Positions 10,015-17,877 of a DNA stretch of 64,000 nucleotides are shown here, piece by piece (within the stretch, counting starts at the first letter, position 1; each line of letters opens with the position of its first letter). Where the stretch lies: positions 3,801-67,800 of the forward strand of contig CAVPHA010000011.1 in assembly GCA_963704125.1 (NCBI GenBank), given 5' to 3'. Below the pieces are notes generated by a model. That model was not told where the DNA came from, searched no databases, and saw only the letters and a list, made by a program, of their open reading frames with translations. Both the position numbers and the translations under genes were made by a program. The stretch is from an uncultured Acidobacteriota bacterium (lineage in GTDB: Bacteria > Acidobacteriota > Thermoanaerobaculia > Thermoanaerobaculales > Sulfomarinibacteraceae).

Positions 10015-10512
10015 ATGTTGAGCTGGGTGGGGAACGGTGGCTGCGCCGAGCTCAACGGGATCGAACTGGATCCGGAGAGCGAAAGGTCAGGATTTGTCTC
10101 TGCGGCGCCGGGCGTCCACGGCATCTCGGTCTGGGGCGAGGGGGGGTGCGCGGGGTCGCCTGATCTCACGGCGGAGGAGACTGTCGTCTCGGGACCGGAT
10201 CCTGCCGGGACTCTGGATGCGGACCCGAATCTGATCTCTTCCGGTGGAAGCTCGGTCCTTTCGTGGAGCCTTCTCTCGGGCAGCCTGATCACAGGGCTGA
10301 TCTCACATGGGGTGATGGACGAGGTTACGGTTCCATCGGGTTCGGTTCAGATCATGCCCCCCAACACCGTCCAGTACAACCTGACTCTGGTGACGAAACA
10401 GGGAGGGGTCGTTCGTACGGCCTCGGTCTGGGTCGATGAAGAACCGTCGAGTCTTTTTGCCGACGGTTTTGAGTCCGGTGACTTTTCACTGTGGTCGTTC
10501 TTTTCGCCCTGA
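10015..10512 (+). CDS. hypothetical protein ending in a DGFESG..WS...P C-terminal motif
   Basis: 165-aa ORF ending LFADGFESGDFSLWSFFSP-stop. No signal peptide at this start. The same frame is open from 9652 and is interrupted only by TAG at 9997-9999, so it may be the 3' part of a disrupted longer gene. Confidence 0.4.
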   Translation: MLSWVGNGGCAELNGIELDPESERSGFVSAAPGVHGISVWGEGGCAGSPDLTAEETVVSGPDPAGTLDADPNLISSGGSSVLSWSLLSGSLITGLISHGVMDEVTVPSGSVQIMPPNTVQYNLTLVTKQGGVVRTASVWVDEEPSSLFADGFESGDFSLWSFFSP

Positions 10513-10596
10513 TTTCGCGTTTGTCCGCATGATTCCGCTATGGTGGTGGGTCCCTGGCTCAACGCAATCGCGTCGAAACCTCGTCAATTGTCAGGG

Positions 10597-11526
10597 CTAG
10601 GAAATCAACAACACAATGCCCAAAAACGCGACGATTGTGCCGACGAGGGCGCGCAGCGAGACGTGCTCCTTGTGGATGAAGACGGCGAAAGGAATGAGCA
10701 TGACCGGGGTCAGGGCCATGATGGTGGAGGCGACCCCGGCGGAAGTGTAATGCAGGGCGGCGAGCGACAGCACGACGCCGACGAAGGGGCCGAGAAAGGC
10801 GCCCACCGCGGTCAACGCGAAGGCCTTCGCGTCGCGCCGGGACTGCCAGATCTTCGGCCACCAGCCGAGGACGAAGAAGATTACGATGACGCCCAGGGTC
10901 CCGGCCAACACCCGAATGGTGGTCGCAGCGACCGGATCGAGCATCTGTCCGCCATTCTGCATACCTACCTTGCTGAAGATGTACCCGACCGCCTGGCCGA
11001 TCATCCCGAAAAAGGCCATCACCACCCCGTGCAGCGTGATCGTTTTGACGGTCCGGTTCTTCGGGATCGCCAATCTGGAGGGGCCGGCGCCGTTTCGTTC
11101 GAGAATCACCATGGCGATCCCGCTCAGAGTCACGGCGATGCCGAGACACTGAATCGGTCCGTAGATCTCCCCCAGGAAGGCCCAACCGATCAGGGCTGTG
11201 ACCGGGGCGGAGAGCGACATCACCAGCATGGCGACGCGCGGTCCGATCTCGACAAATGCCTTGAAAAGGAACATGTCCCCCAGGGTGAAACCGATCACAC
11301 CGGAGAGGGCCAACCAGCCCCAGTTGCGGAGCGGGAAATCCCACGGGACCAGCTGCCCCTTGGTGATGAGCAACGTCAGGCAGAGAAAGACGGCCGCCAG
11401 GACAAGCCGAACCAGGTTGACGGTGAGCGCTCCGACCCGTTTGCCGGCCGCCTCGAAGAACTGTGAACCGACCGTCCAGCAAAGTACGGTGAGGAAGGCG
11501 ATGATCTCGCCTTTGTAGGGTGTCAA
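10597..11526 (-). CDS. EamA/DMT-family transporter (309 aa)
   Basis: Ten predicted hydrophobic helices in two EamA-like halves (…IIAFLTVLCWTVGSQFFEAAGKRVGALTVNLVRL… and …LTAVGAFLGPFVGVVLSLAALHYTSAGVASTIMALTPVMLIPF…). Confidence 0.8.
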   Translation of the reverse strand: MTPYKGEIIAFLTVLCWTVGSQFFEAAGKRVGALTVNLVRLVLAAVFLCLTLLITKGQLVPWDFPLRNWGWLALSGVIGFTLGDMFLFKAFVEIGPRVAMLVMSLSAPVTALIGWAFLGEIYGPIQCLGIAVTLSGIAMVILERNGAGPSRLAIPKNRTVKTITLHGVVMAFFGMIGQAVGYIFSKVGMQNGGQMLDPVAATTIRVLAGTLGVIVIFFVLGWWPKIWQSRRDAKAFALTAVGAFLGPFVGVVLSLAALHYTSAGVASTIMALTPVMLIPFAVFIHKEHVSLRALVGTIVAFLGIVLLIS

Positions 11527-11534
11527 GGTTTCAG

Positions 11535-11605
11535 ATCTCGATTCTCGTTCCTCGTTCCTGGTGACTCATCCCGTTCGACGAGCCGCGAGAAACGAGCAAC
11601 GAGAT
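11535..11605. repeat. REP-like imperfect inverted repeat (ATCTCGATTCTCGTTCCTCG ... CGAGAAACGAGCAACGAGAT)
   Basis: Read directly between the SDR stop (11607) and the EamA start (11526). The arms are built from tandem CTCGTTC-type units. A hairpin/terminator role is plausible. Confidence 0.45.
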
Positions 11606-11606
11606 A

Positions 11607-12593
11607 CTACTCCTCCAACGCCGCAAGGGCTTCATCAACCATCTTCACGAGGGTGTCGCGGTCGTAGGTGTAGGGCTGGCCCTCGTTGAGCTGGACAAGC
11701 TCCTGGATCGCCTTGCCGATGGTCCAGCCGGCCTCCTCCTGATCGGGCACCACCATGTAGCGCATCTTCGGGTTGTCGCTGAAGAGGGCCTGGTAGACGG
11801 CCTCGGCGACCTCACCGGGGTCCTTTTCATCCGACCGCTCGCCGACCCTCGACACGATGGCTTCGATTTCGTCCTTGTACTGGGAGTCCTCATAGGTGAT
11901 CCCCTTGGACTCCATTCTCTTCTTCAGGCTCTGGCCGATCTGAGACTTGTAGTTTCCCGGTTCGACCAGGCTGACCTTGACGTCGAACTTCGCCATCTCG
12001 CGCGCCAGCGAGTCGCCGTAGGCCTCCATGGCGTGCTTGCTCATGCTGTAGGGCCCGAAGAGGGTGCCCGAGAGGATGCCCGAGATCGAGCTGATGATAG
12101 TGATTCGGCCCCTGGACTCGATGATGAGCGGAGCGAAGGCCTTCGTGACCCGGTAGGGGCCGTAGATGTTGACATCGAAGAGAAAGTCGAGCTCGGATTC
12201 GTCGACTTCGATGAGCGGCGCGAGGATCGCGACGCCGGCGTTGTTGACCAGGCCGTAGAGACCCCGGCCATCCTTGGAAATCCGCTTGACCGCAGCGTCG
12301 ATTTCATCCTGAACCGTGACGTCGAGGCGAATCCCAGAGACGTTCTCCATGGCGTCGAGCCGCTCGAGGTCGGCCTCCTTCCGCGCCCCGGCCCAGACGT
12401 GGACCCCGCGCTCGGCCAAGAACTCGGTGATTTTGAGGCCGATCCCGCTGCTCGCGCCGGTCACCAGCACGGATTTTTGAGGTGCGGTTGCCGTCTCGGT
12501 TTCGCCGGCTGAGCTCGCGGTCGAGAACCCAACTGCACCCACCATGACTGCTACCACTGCCATCGAAGCTATCGATCTGCGGATGAATTTCAT
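11607..12593 (-). CDS. exported short-chain dehydrogenase/reductase (SDR)
   Basis: Signal peptide MKFIRRSIASMAVVAVMVGAVGFSTASSA. Cofactor motif TGASSGIG and catalytic YSMSK (YxxxK). Confidence 0.85.
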   Translation of the reverse strand: MKFIRRSIASMAVVAVMVGAVGFSTASSAGETETATAPQKSVLVTGASSGIGLKITEFLAERGVHVWAGARKEADLERLDAMENVSGIRLDVTVQDEIDAAVKRISKDGRGLYGLVNNAGVAILAPLIEVDESELDFLFDVNIYGPYRVTKAFAPLIIESRGRITIISSISGILSGTLFGPYSMSKHAMEAYGDSLAREMAKFDVKVSLVEPGNYKSQIGQSLKKRMESKGITYEDSQYKDEIEAIVSRVGERSDEKDPGEVAEAVYQALFSDNPKMRYMVVPDQEEAGWTIGKAIQELVQLNEGQPYTYDRDTLVKMVDEALAALEE

Positions 12594-12772
12594 GGACCTT
12601 CTTCGTCTTTTTATTAGATACTGAGTCGCAATTGGCTCATATTACCACGGCGGTGTTCATCAGGGCGTTACGGTCGTCGCGCCCGCATTCTTCAGTAACC
12701 AGGCTGTGGTGTGGTATGGTGATTAAAACTGAGACGCATGATCAGAAAACGAACAAGAAGGGGAGGCGTCCG

Positions 12773-13339
12773 ATGACTCGAAACACATTGCTTTCCGTGA
12801 TGATGCTCCTGGTGGTGGTGGCGCCGGTTCTGGCGGATCCACCGGTCACGATTCTCGATCAGGTCCAGGGAGTTATTGACGACACCGTGGGCGGAATGGC
12901 TGTCGGTGGCGGGTCCGATCAGCGACTCGCCCAGACCGTGACGGTGGGTGTGAGCGGTCGGTTGGTCGGGGTGATGCTGCCCATCGCCTGCGAATCCGGT
13001 CGATTGGTCATGGAGATCCGCGATGTTGTTGGAGGCGAACCGGGACCAACGGTCTTTGCCCGCACGAGGATACCCGCCGTGCGCATCCCGGACCTCGGTC
13101 CGACGTTTCAACAGGTGCCGGTGCGGGGCGCGGTGAACTTCAGTGTCGGTGACGAGTTTGCCGTCGTGCTCGACAACCCGACCGGGGGATGTGGGATTTT
13201 CCGGGGACCGGTGGGCGACTCGTACGCCGGCGGTCAGGGGTTCTTCGAGGCGTTGCCAAATCCTCCCGGATGGGTGCCGTTTTCGGAGACCGAGAGTCGT
13301 CTCGATCTGCCGTTCATGACCGTGGTGAGGATCCCGTAG
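12773..13339 (+). CDS. exported hypothetical protein (188 aa)
   Basis: GGGGAGG RBS, ATG at 12773, signal peptide MTRNTLLSVMMLLVVVAPVLA. No recognised family. Confidence 0.6.
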   Translation: MTRNTLLSVMMLLVVVAPVLADPPVTILDQVQGVIDDTVGGMAVGGGSDQRLAQTVTVGVSGRLVGVMLPIACESGRLVMEIRDVVGGEPGPTVFARTRIPAVRIPDLGPTFQQVPVRGAVNFSVGDEFAVVLDNPTGGCGIFRGPVGDSYAGGQGFFEALPNPPGWVPFSETESRLDLPFMTVVRIP

Positions 13340-13415
13340 TCAGGCGGCGGCAGATTTGCGAGGGACCGCCACCAGGATCTTTCACGGCGGCCTGTCTGGG
13401 TCGGTAGGAAACCGA

Positions 13416-13441
13416 CCCCCACCACCCGTTTCCGGTGGGGG
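13416..13441. terminator. hairpin CCCCCACC-N10-GGTGGGGG between convergent genes
   Basis: Read directly. A related hairpin (GGCCCCAACC..GGTGGGGGCC, about 20711-20738) sits in the equivalent position downstream of the paralogous gene 20774-21217. Confidence 0.4.
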
Positions 13442-13479
13442 CCGATGAGCGATCGATCCTCAAGAAGGGAAGATCGCGA

Positions 13480-13924
13480 CTACTCGGTGGCCCGTCCGGA
13501 CCCGGTGCCTTCGGCTCTGGTCCCGCGATCGATAATCATGACCTCGGCCTCGCCGCAGACGGGCTCGCCGCCAACGGTCACGGCGACGAGTCGGAAGGTG
13601 TTGTAATCGTTCAGGATCAACCCATCGATCGTCTTGATCTCGTCCATCAGGAACTTGGCCACGAAGTAGCCGCGGTTGTCCGCCTTCCATGAGCTGATGG
13701 CGACGCCGGCCAGATAGACGGTATAGACGTCCATATCAGAGTAGAGAATATCGGTGTGAACGGTGACGACGGTCCCGTCGCTCTGGAGGTTAAGAGTCTC
13801 CGGTGCGATCCGGATGACGTTGTCACAGGCGAAGCCGATGGTCGGCATGATCATCAACGCCATCGTGAGCGCGGCTGCCACGATGTCGTGCCGGCGATAG
13901 AAGTCGTGCGTTCTTCGTGGTCAT
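13480..13924 (-). CDS. small lipoprotein, paralogue A (N-terminal signal region needs a 1-nt frame correction)
   Basis: Shares long identical runs with 20774-21217: CDN.IRIAPETLNL.SDGTVVTVHTD, GVAISSWKAD, FVAKFLMDEIK, IDGLILNDYN, GEPVCGE. The ATG at 13924 with a GGAGGG RBS is out of frame by one nt with the body, which otherwise opens with GTG at 13881. Confidence 0.65.
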
Positions 13925-14043
13925 GGGTGCCCTCCAAGGTCCTGGTTGCGGCCGATGTCGACCGGGTTGACGTGTCCGACGGCGCGGTGGCAGTTATTTT
14001 CCGCATGGCCTCCGAGATGACCGCGGGTGCCGATCCGAGCAAC

Positions 14044-14060
14044 AGCACGACTCATGCCAA
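14044..14060 (-). promoter_or_regulatory. sigma54-type -24/-12 element upstream of lipoprotein paralogue A
   Basis: The minus strand reads TTGGCATGAGTCGTGCT (TGGCAT-N5-GTGCT, with consensus GG..GC spacing). It is conserved at the same relative position upstream of paralogue B (21318-21334). Confidence 0.5.
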
Positions 14061-14261
14061 TCCGGGCGACGTACGTCGATCATGATTGCTGAAAGAGGAC
14101 TTACAGGAAACGCGCGGCTGTCGCGGTGGCGAACGACTGAGTCGTATCGCCCCGCAAGGTGTGGCTATTCGACGGTCTCTGCTCGCGAGAACCTCCCGGT
14201 TGAGCCTCGTGCAGAGTCCAAGGATCGGACACCGAGGTCTCCCGATCCTGGTCACCGCCAG

Positions 14262-14323
14262 GCCGGCGAGACGCCGGGCCTACAGGGGATCTCAGCCCTC
14301 TGCAGTGCCGGCGTCTCGCCGGC
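14262..14323. repeat. 16-bp perfect inverted repeat GCCGGCGAGACGCCGG / CCGGCGTCTCGCCGGC with a 30-nt spacer
   Basis: Read directly. It lies downstream of the aminotransferase gene fragment on the minus strand and is REP- or terminator-like. Confidence 0.5.
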
Positions 14324-14386
14324 ACAGAAACCACAAACCACCAAGTAATTGGGGGCGGGTGCAGGAGGCCGGGTTCTCAGCTGGAG

Positions 14387-14565
14387 TCAGCCGATCGACA
14401 CCTCACGCAACGCGGCCGTGAGCAAATCGATCTGGTCCTCGCTGTTGAAGACCGAGAGCGAGATCCGGAGGCCGTTGAGCCCGTGACTGCTCATGGGGCG
14501 GCAGTCGATTTGGTGTTGTTCGGCGAGCGAGGAGGCGACCTCTCGGACATCGTGGCCGGCGACAT
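14387..14565 (-). pseudogene. 3'-terminal fragment of a class-V aminotransferase / cysteine-desulfurase-like gene
   Basis: Translation HVAGHDVREVASSLAEQHQIDCRPMSSHGLNGLRISLSVFNSEDQIDLLTAALREVSIG-stop matches the characteristic C-terminus of this fold (…R.S...yN..e.id.L…). No upstream part is present. Confidence 0.55.
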
Positions 14566-15042
14566 GTCGTCGGTGGGGATGCCCTCAACGAGCTGACCGT
14601 AGGATTCGGTTCCCTCCTGGTTGATCGAATAGACCCGGGCCCAGACCTGGATCGGGGTGCCCGAGGTGTAGTGGATGGCGCCGACCCACGAACCGCCGCC
14701 GATGTCGAGGAAGTGGTCGACCACGTCCTCGATGTGGAACATCTTCTGCTCCTGCGGGATGTCGACGGTGTACTCGGTCGCGCCGGTGTTGTCGGTGTTG
14801 CTCCGGCAGAACCGCAGGGTCACCGGACCGGTTCCCGAGGTGTCGATGACGAACCACAGATCGGTCCGCCAAATTGAGCCCTCGAGACCCGGCGCGTGGG
14901 CGGCGGCGAGGATCCAGCCGTCGTAGTGCTGGGTCTGGTTGAGCTGGGCCTCGACCTGATGCGCGATCAACGCCACGACCGCCAACAGGGAGATGAGGGT
15001 CGTCGATTGGAGCCTATTGGGGATGCCTGTGACGCCTGCCAT
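14491..15042 (-). pseudogene. exported protein carrying the island repeat domain, truncated at about 14566
   Basis: Signal-like N-terminus, then AAHAPGLEGSIWRTDLWF…ESYGQLVEGIPTDD, which aligns with the first half of the domain in 15189-16652 and 17878-20436. After 'GIPTDD' the ORF reads out of frame through the aminotransferase fragment. Confidence 0.6.
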
Positions 15043-15188
15043 CTTGAACCTCCTTTTCGCGTTTCCTGGAACCAGGATGTGAATTCGTTACTTCAAGGTA
15101 TGCCGCCAGCGGGCGGTGGAGAATGGCGAAACGCGACAGAATCATGGACGGACGCGACGAGAACCCGGGGTCCTTCAGCCGGTGGGGT

Positions 15189-16652
15189 CTATTGGCCGGC
15201 CGGGGACTGCGGCGCGATGGCGATGAAGGTCGGGTCGCCGGTGGCGTTGTCCACCACCGAGAGATAGGCGCCGACGCGACCGTTCCCAGCCGTCACGGTG
15301 ACCCGGACCATCCCGTTGGCGAGCGAGCCGGTCCCGGCCACCGTTGTCGCCACCTCGTTGACCTGGAGGTTTTCGTAGGGGCGAAGCTGGTAGTCCCGGT
15401 GGCCGAGCTCGATCATCGACGAGTCCATGACTGTGACCCTGACTGCGGCGCTCTCGCCCCACACCTCGCAGAGTCCGAGGTTGGTTCGGAAGGTTGTCCC
15501 CTCCTCGACGCCGCCCATGGTGGCGGAGGCGGTCCCGGTGGCGCTGAGAACCTGGGTCGGCTGGATCGGCGGGATCCCCTGGCCGTACGAACCCGCTTCT
15601 GCGCCAGGCGTCGATGTCCGGCTGGTCACGGCGAGCTGGTGCCCCCGGATCTCGAGGGCGCCGGCGCCGGTGGCGGAAAACAGCTCGGCCATGACGTCGG
15701 ACCACGCGAGCTGCGACGAGGCGGGCACGGTCACCGTGGTGCTGGTGAAGTTCGTCAACCCGTCGACGCCCCGCGGGGTGTAGAGAACCTCGATCTGCCG
15801 TTCGTTGTCCACGAGGTTGACCACGCTCACCGCGCTCGTCCAGTAGGTCCCCTGGGCGCCGGGTGTGCCGGCGACAGCGGGAATGACCACGCCGTCGATC
15901 CGATGGATGCCGCGGCCGCCGCCCTCCGAGCTCCGCAACAGAAGCCCCCAGACGCTCGAGTCGGTGTACCGGTACACCGGGTCGTGGCAGAGATCCGCGC
16001 CGCTCGCACCGGTACAGAGGACATAGGGCTGCTGGTAGTCCTCGCCGGCGCTGCCCCATTCGATCAAGCCTGACGGCTCCTCCGAGTGGAAGTCGATCAA
16101 GCCCACCGATGCTCCGCCGGGACAGTCGAGGAGGGCGGCCCTGAACTGATAATCAACCGCCCGCGGCACCGCCTCGATGGTGAAGGTGATGGGGTAGTCG
16201 ACCACCGGCATGCCGGTGCAGTCCTGCCCCGAGCCGGCAAGCCGCAGGTCGGAGTCCACCGGGCTGAGCACCCGGTAGTTGTAACGGATTGCGAGATCCT
16301 GTTCGATTGAACCCTGTGGGGCGGTGATCTCGATGTTCACGTAGGCCTGGAGATCGCCGGCGTCCCCGACGAAGGAGGGTGAGCCTTTCCGGTCGAGGTA
16401 GATGTCGATCCCGTAACGACCCTCCACGAGCCCGCTGATGGTGTACGTCGATGTGGCCAGGTCGACCGTGCCCTCGATCTGGTCCCCGGGATCCCACGGG
16501 TTCGCGTACGCCAGCGCCACGGTGATGTCGGGGAAAACCGTCGCCACGGGCAGGTCGTCGTACAGCAGCGATCCCGAGACCTCCGCCCCGGCTCCGACCA
16601 TCGGTAGTGCAAGAAGTACACAAGGGACCAGGGCCAGGATCTTCCTTGACAT
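15189..16652 (-). CDS. exported protein of unknown function (487 aa) with the C-terminal island repeat domain
   Basis: Signal peptide MSRKILALVPCVLLALPMVGAGA. C-terminal domain blocks: IPAVAGTPGAQGTYWTSAVSVVN, LAVTSRTS, GSYGQGIP, FRTNLGL, GAYLSVVDNATGDPTFIA. Confidence 0.75.
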   Translation of the reverse strand: MSRKILALVPCVLLALPMVGAGAEVSGSLLYDDLPVATVFPDITVALAYANPWDPGDQIEGTVDLATSTYTISGLVEGRYGIDIYLDRKGSPSFVGDAGDLQAYVNIEITAPQGSIEQDLAIRYNYRVLSPVDSDLRLAGSGQDCTGMPVVDYPITFTIEAVPRAVDYQFRAALLDCPGGASVGLIDFHSEEPSGLIEWGSAGEDYQQPYVLCTGASGADLCHDPVYRYTDSSVWGLLLRSSEGGGRGIHRIDGVVIPAVAGTPGAQGTYWTSAVSVVNLVDNERQIEVLYTPRGVDGLTNFTSTTVTVPASSQLAWSDVMAELFSATGAGALEIRGHQLAVTSRTSTPGAEAGSYGQGIPPIQPTQVLSATGTASATMGGVEEGTTFRTNLGLCEVWGESAAVRVTVMDSSMIELGHRDYQLRPYENLQVNEVATTVAGTGSLANGMVRVTVTAGNGRVGAYLSVVDNATGDPTFIAIAPQSPAGQ

Positions 16653-16804
16653 TTCAGCCTCCGTCGATTGGTTGGTTTGATTGTACTCCCCACTCCACCG
16701 GCCGGACGGGTTGCCTCGACGGGACGTTCATGTGCTGTCATGCGTTTAGATCTCAGGACGTTTCGACGTCCCACTTTTCAAAGCCTGGCACCGCTACCGC
16801 GACT

Positions 16805-17140
16805 CTATGGCTGGCTCGAGCTCCAGCGCGAGAGGTTTCCGGACTCGAATCCATCGCTGAAGATCTGGCCGGTGGGCGACAGCAGCAGGTCGAGGGCCGG
16901 CAGAATGTTCGTGTAGACGCTGGCGGGTGTGTGCACTGCAACCCCCGGGGTCGTGGGGCCCGCCGGCGTCGGCGCCGGGTTCGCCGCCGGCGTGGCGGTG
17001 CTCACCTCGACCGGGGCTCCGGCGGTAACCGTGTCGCCGCCGGCTGCGGGAGTCGGCGTCAAGCACGCCAGGACGGCACCGAGCAAGCCTGCGGTGACCA
17101 TCCTCCAGCGCGTCACCTGATGGTGATTTGGATTGCTCAT
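16805..17140 (-). CDS. small exported Pro/Thr/Ala-rich protein ending in the DGFESG..WS...P motif
   Basis: Signal or lipoprotein-like N-terminus (…MVTAGLLGAVLACL), a low-complexity linker, and the C-terminus IFSDGFESGNLSRWSSSQP-stop. Confidence 0.55.
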   Translation of the reverse strand: MSNPNHHQVTRWRMVTAGLLGAVLACLTPTPAAGGDTVTAGAPVEVSTATPAANPAPTPAGPTTPGVAVHTPASVYTNILPALDLLLSPTGQIFSDGFESGNLSRWSSSQP

Positions 17141-17156
17141 GGCAGGTATTCCTCGC

Positions 17157-17585
17157 CTACTGTAACTGCTCGATGCCCCAGGCGAGGCGGCAATCGCTGA
17201 TCACACACCCGATGGTGGTTCCGCTGGTGTCGGATCCGGTGTAGTAGATCCGAACCGGTTTCGCGGTGACCACAGCGGTCAGGAACACGCTCATCGCGCG
17301 CGCTGCTTCGGATTCGTTGGCCGTGGAGACCGCCCAGTAGTAAATGGTGTAGGGCGGCACCGAGACCCCGTTGGTGCACCTCAGGTGGACCCGCTGGTTG
17401 AAAGTCGCAGCCGAGGCGGGAGTGCAGTCGAAAACCGACTCAGGCGCTTCGCCGGGTTGGCCCTGCCCGTCGGAAACAACGCCGTCGGGCGTCATCGGTT
17501 CGTCCGCGGCGGCGGTGGCTGCGGGTACGCCAGCAATCGCGATCAACACCAGGGTCGTCAGCAGCACAAATCTCGTCATGGTCAT
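17157..17585 (-). CDS. small exported 4-Cys protein (142 aa), unknown function
   Basis: GGAGG RBS and signal peptide MTMTRFVLLTTLVLIAIAGVPAATAAA. Cys positions: FDCTP, LRCTNG, IGCVISDC. Confidence 0.6.
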   Translation of the reverse strand: MTMTRFVLLTTLVLIAIAGVPAATAAADEPMTPDGVVSDGQGQPGEAPESVFDCTPASAATFNQRVHLRCTNGVSVPPYTIYYWAVSTANESEAARAMSVFLTAVVTAKPVRIYYTGSDTSGTTIGCVISDCRLAWGIEQLQ

Positions 17586-17877
17586 TTCGAACCTCCTTCG
17601 GAAATCGAGCCGTGTCGATGCTGCCGATCGGATCTACCTCGGCAGCGCCCTTCACACTGCAAACAAACTCGTTCATGAGTCGTGGGACCCGGCACGATAT
17701 TACTCCTGTTGAGGGTGGTCCGTCTCCTGTTTCTTCGAAGTTTCGAGCACGGGCGTTGATCGACGCGAATGGCTCTCCCTGAAGCTGTGGACGGGAGGCC
17801 TCGGGCCCTTTTTTGGGACCATTGACGAGCGAGCTCCAGGACTATACGTTCATTGAAAATCCCGAATTCCCTGGGAG

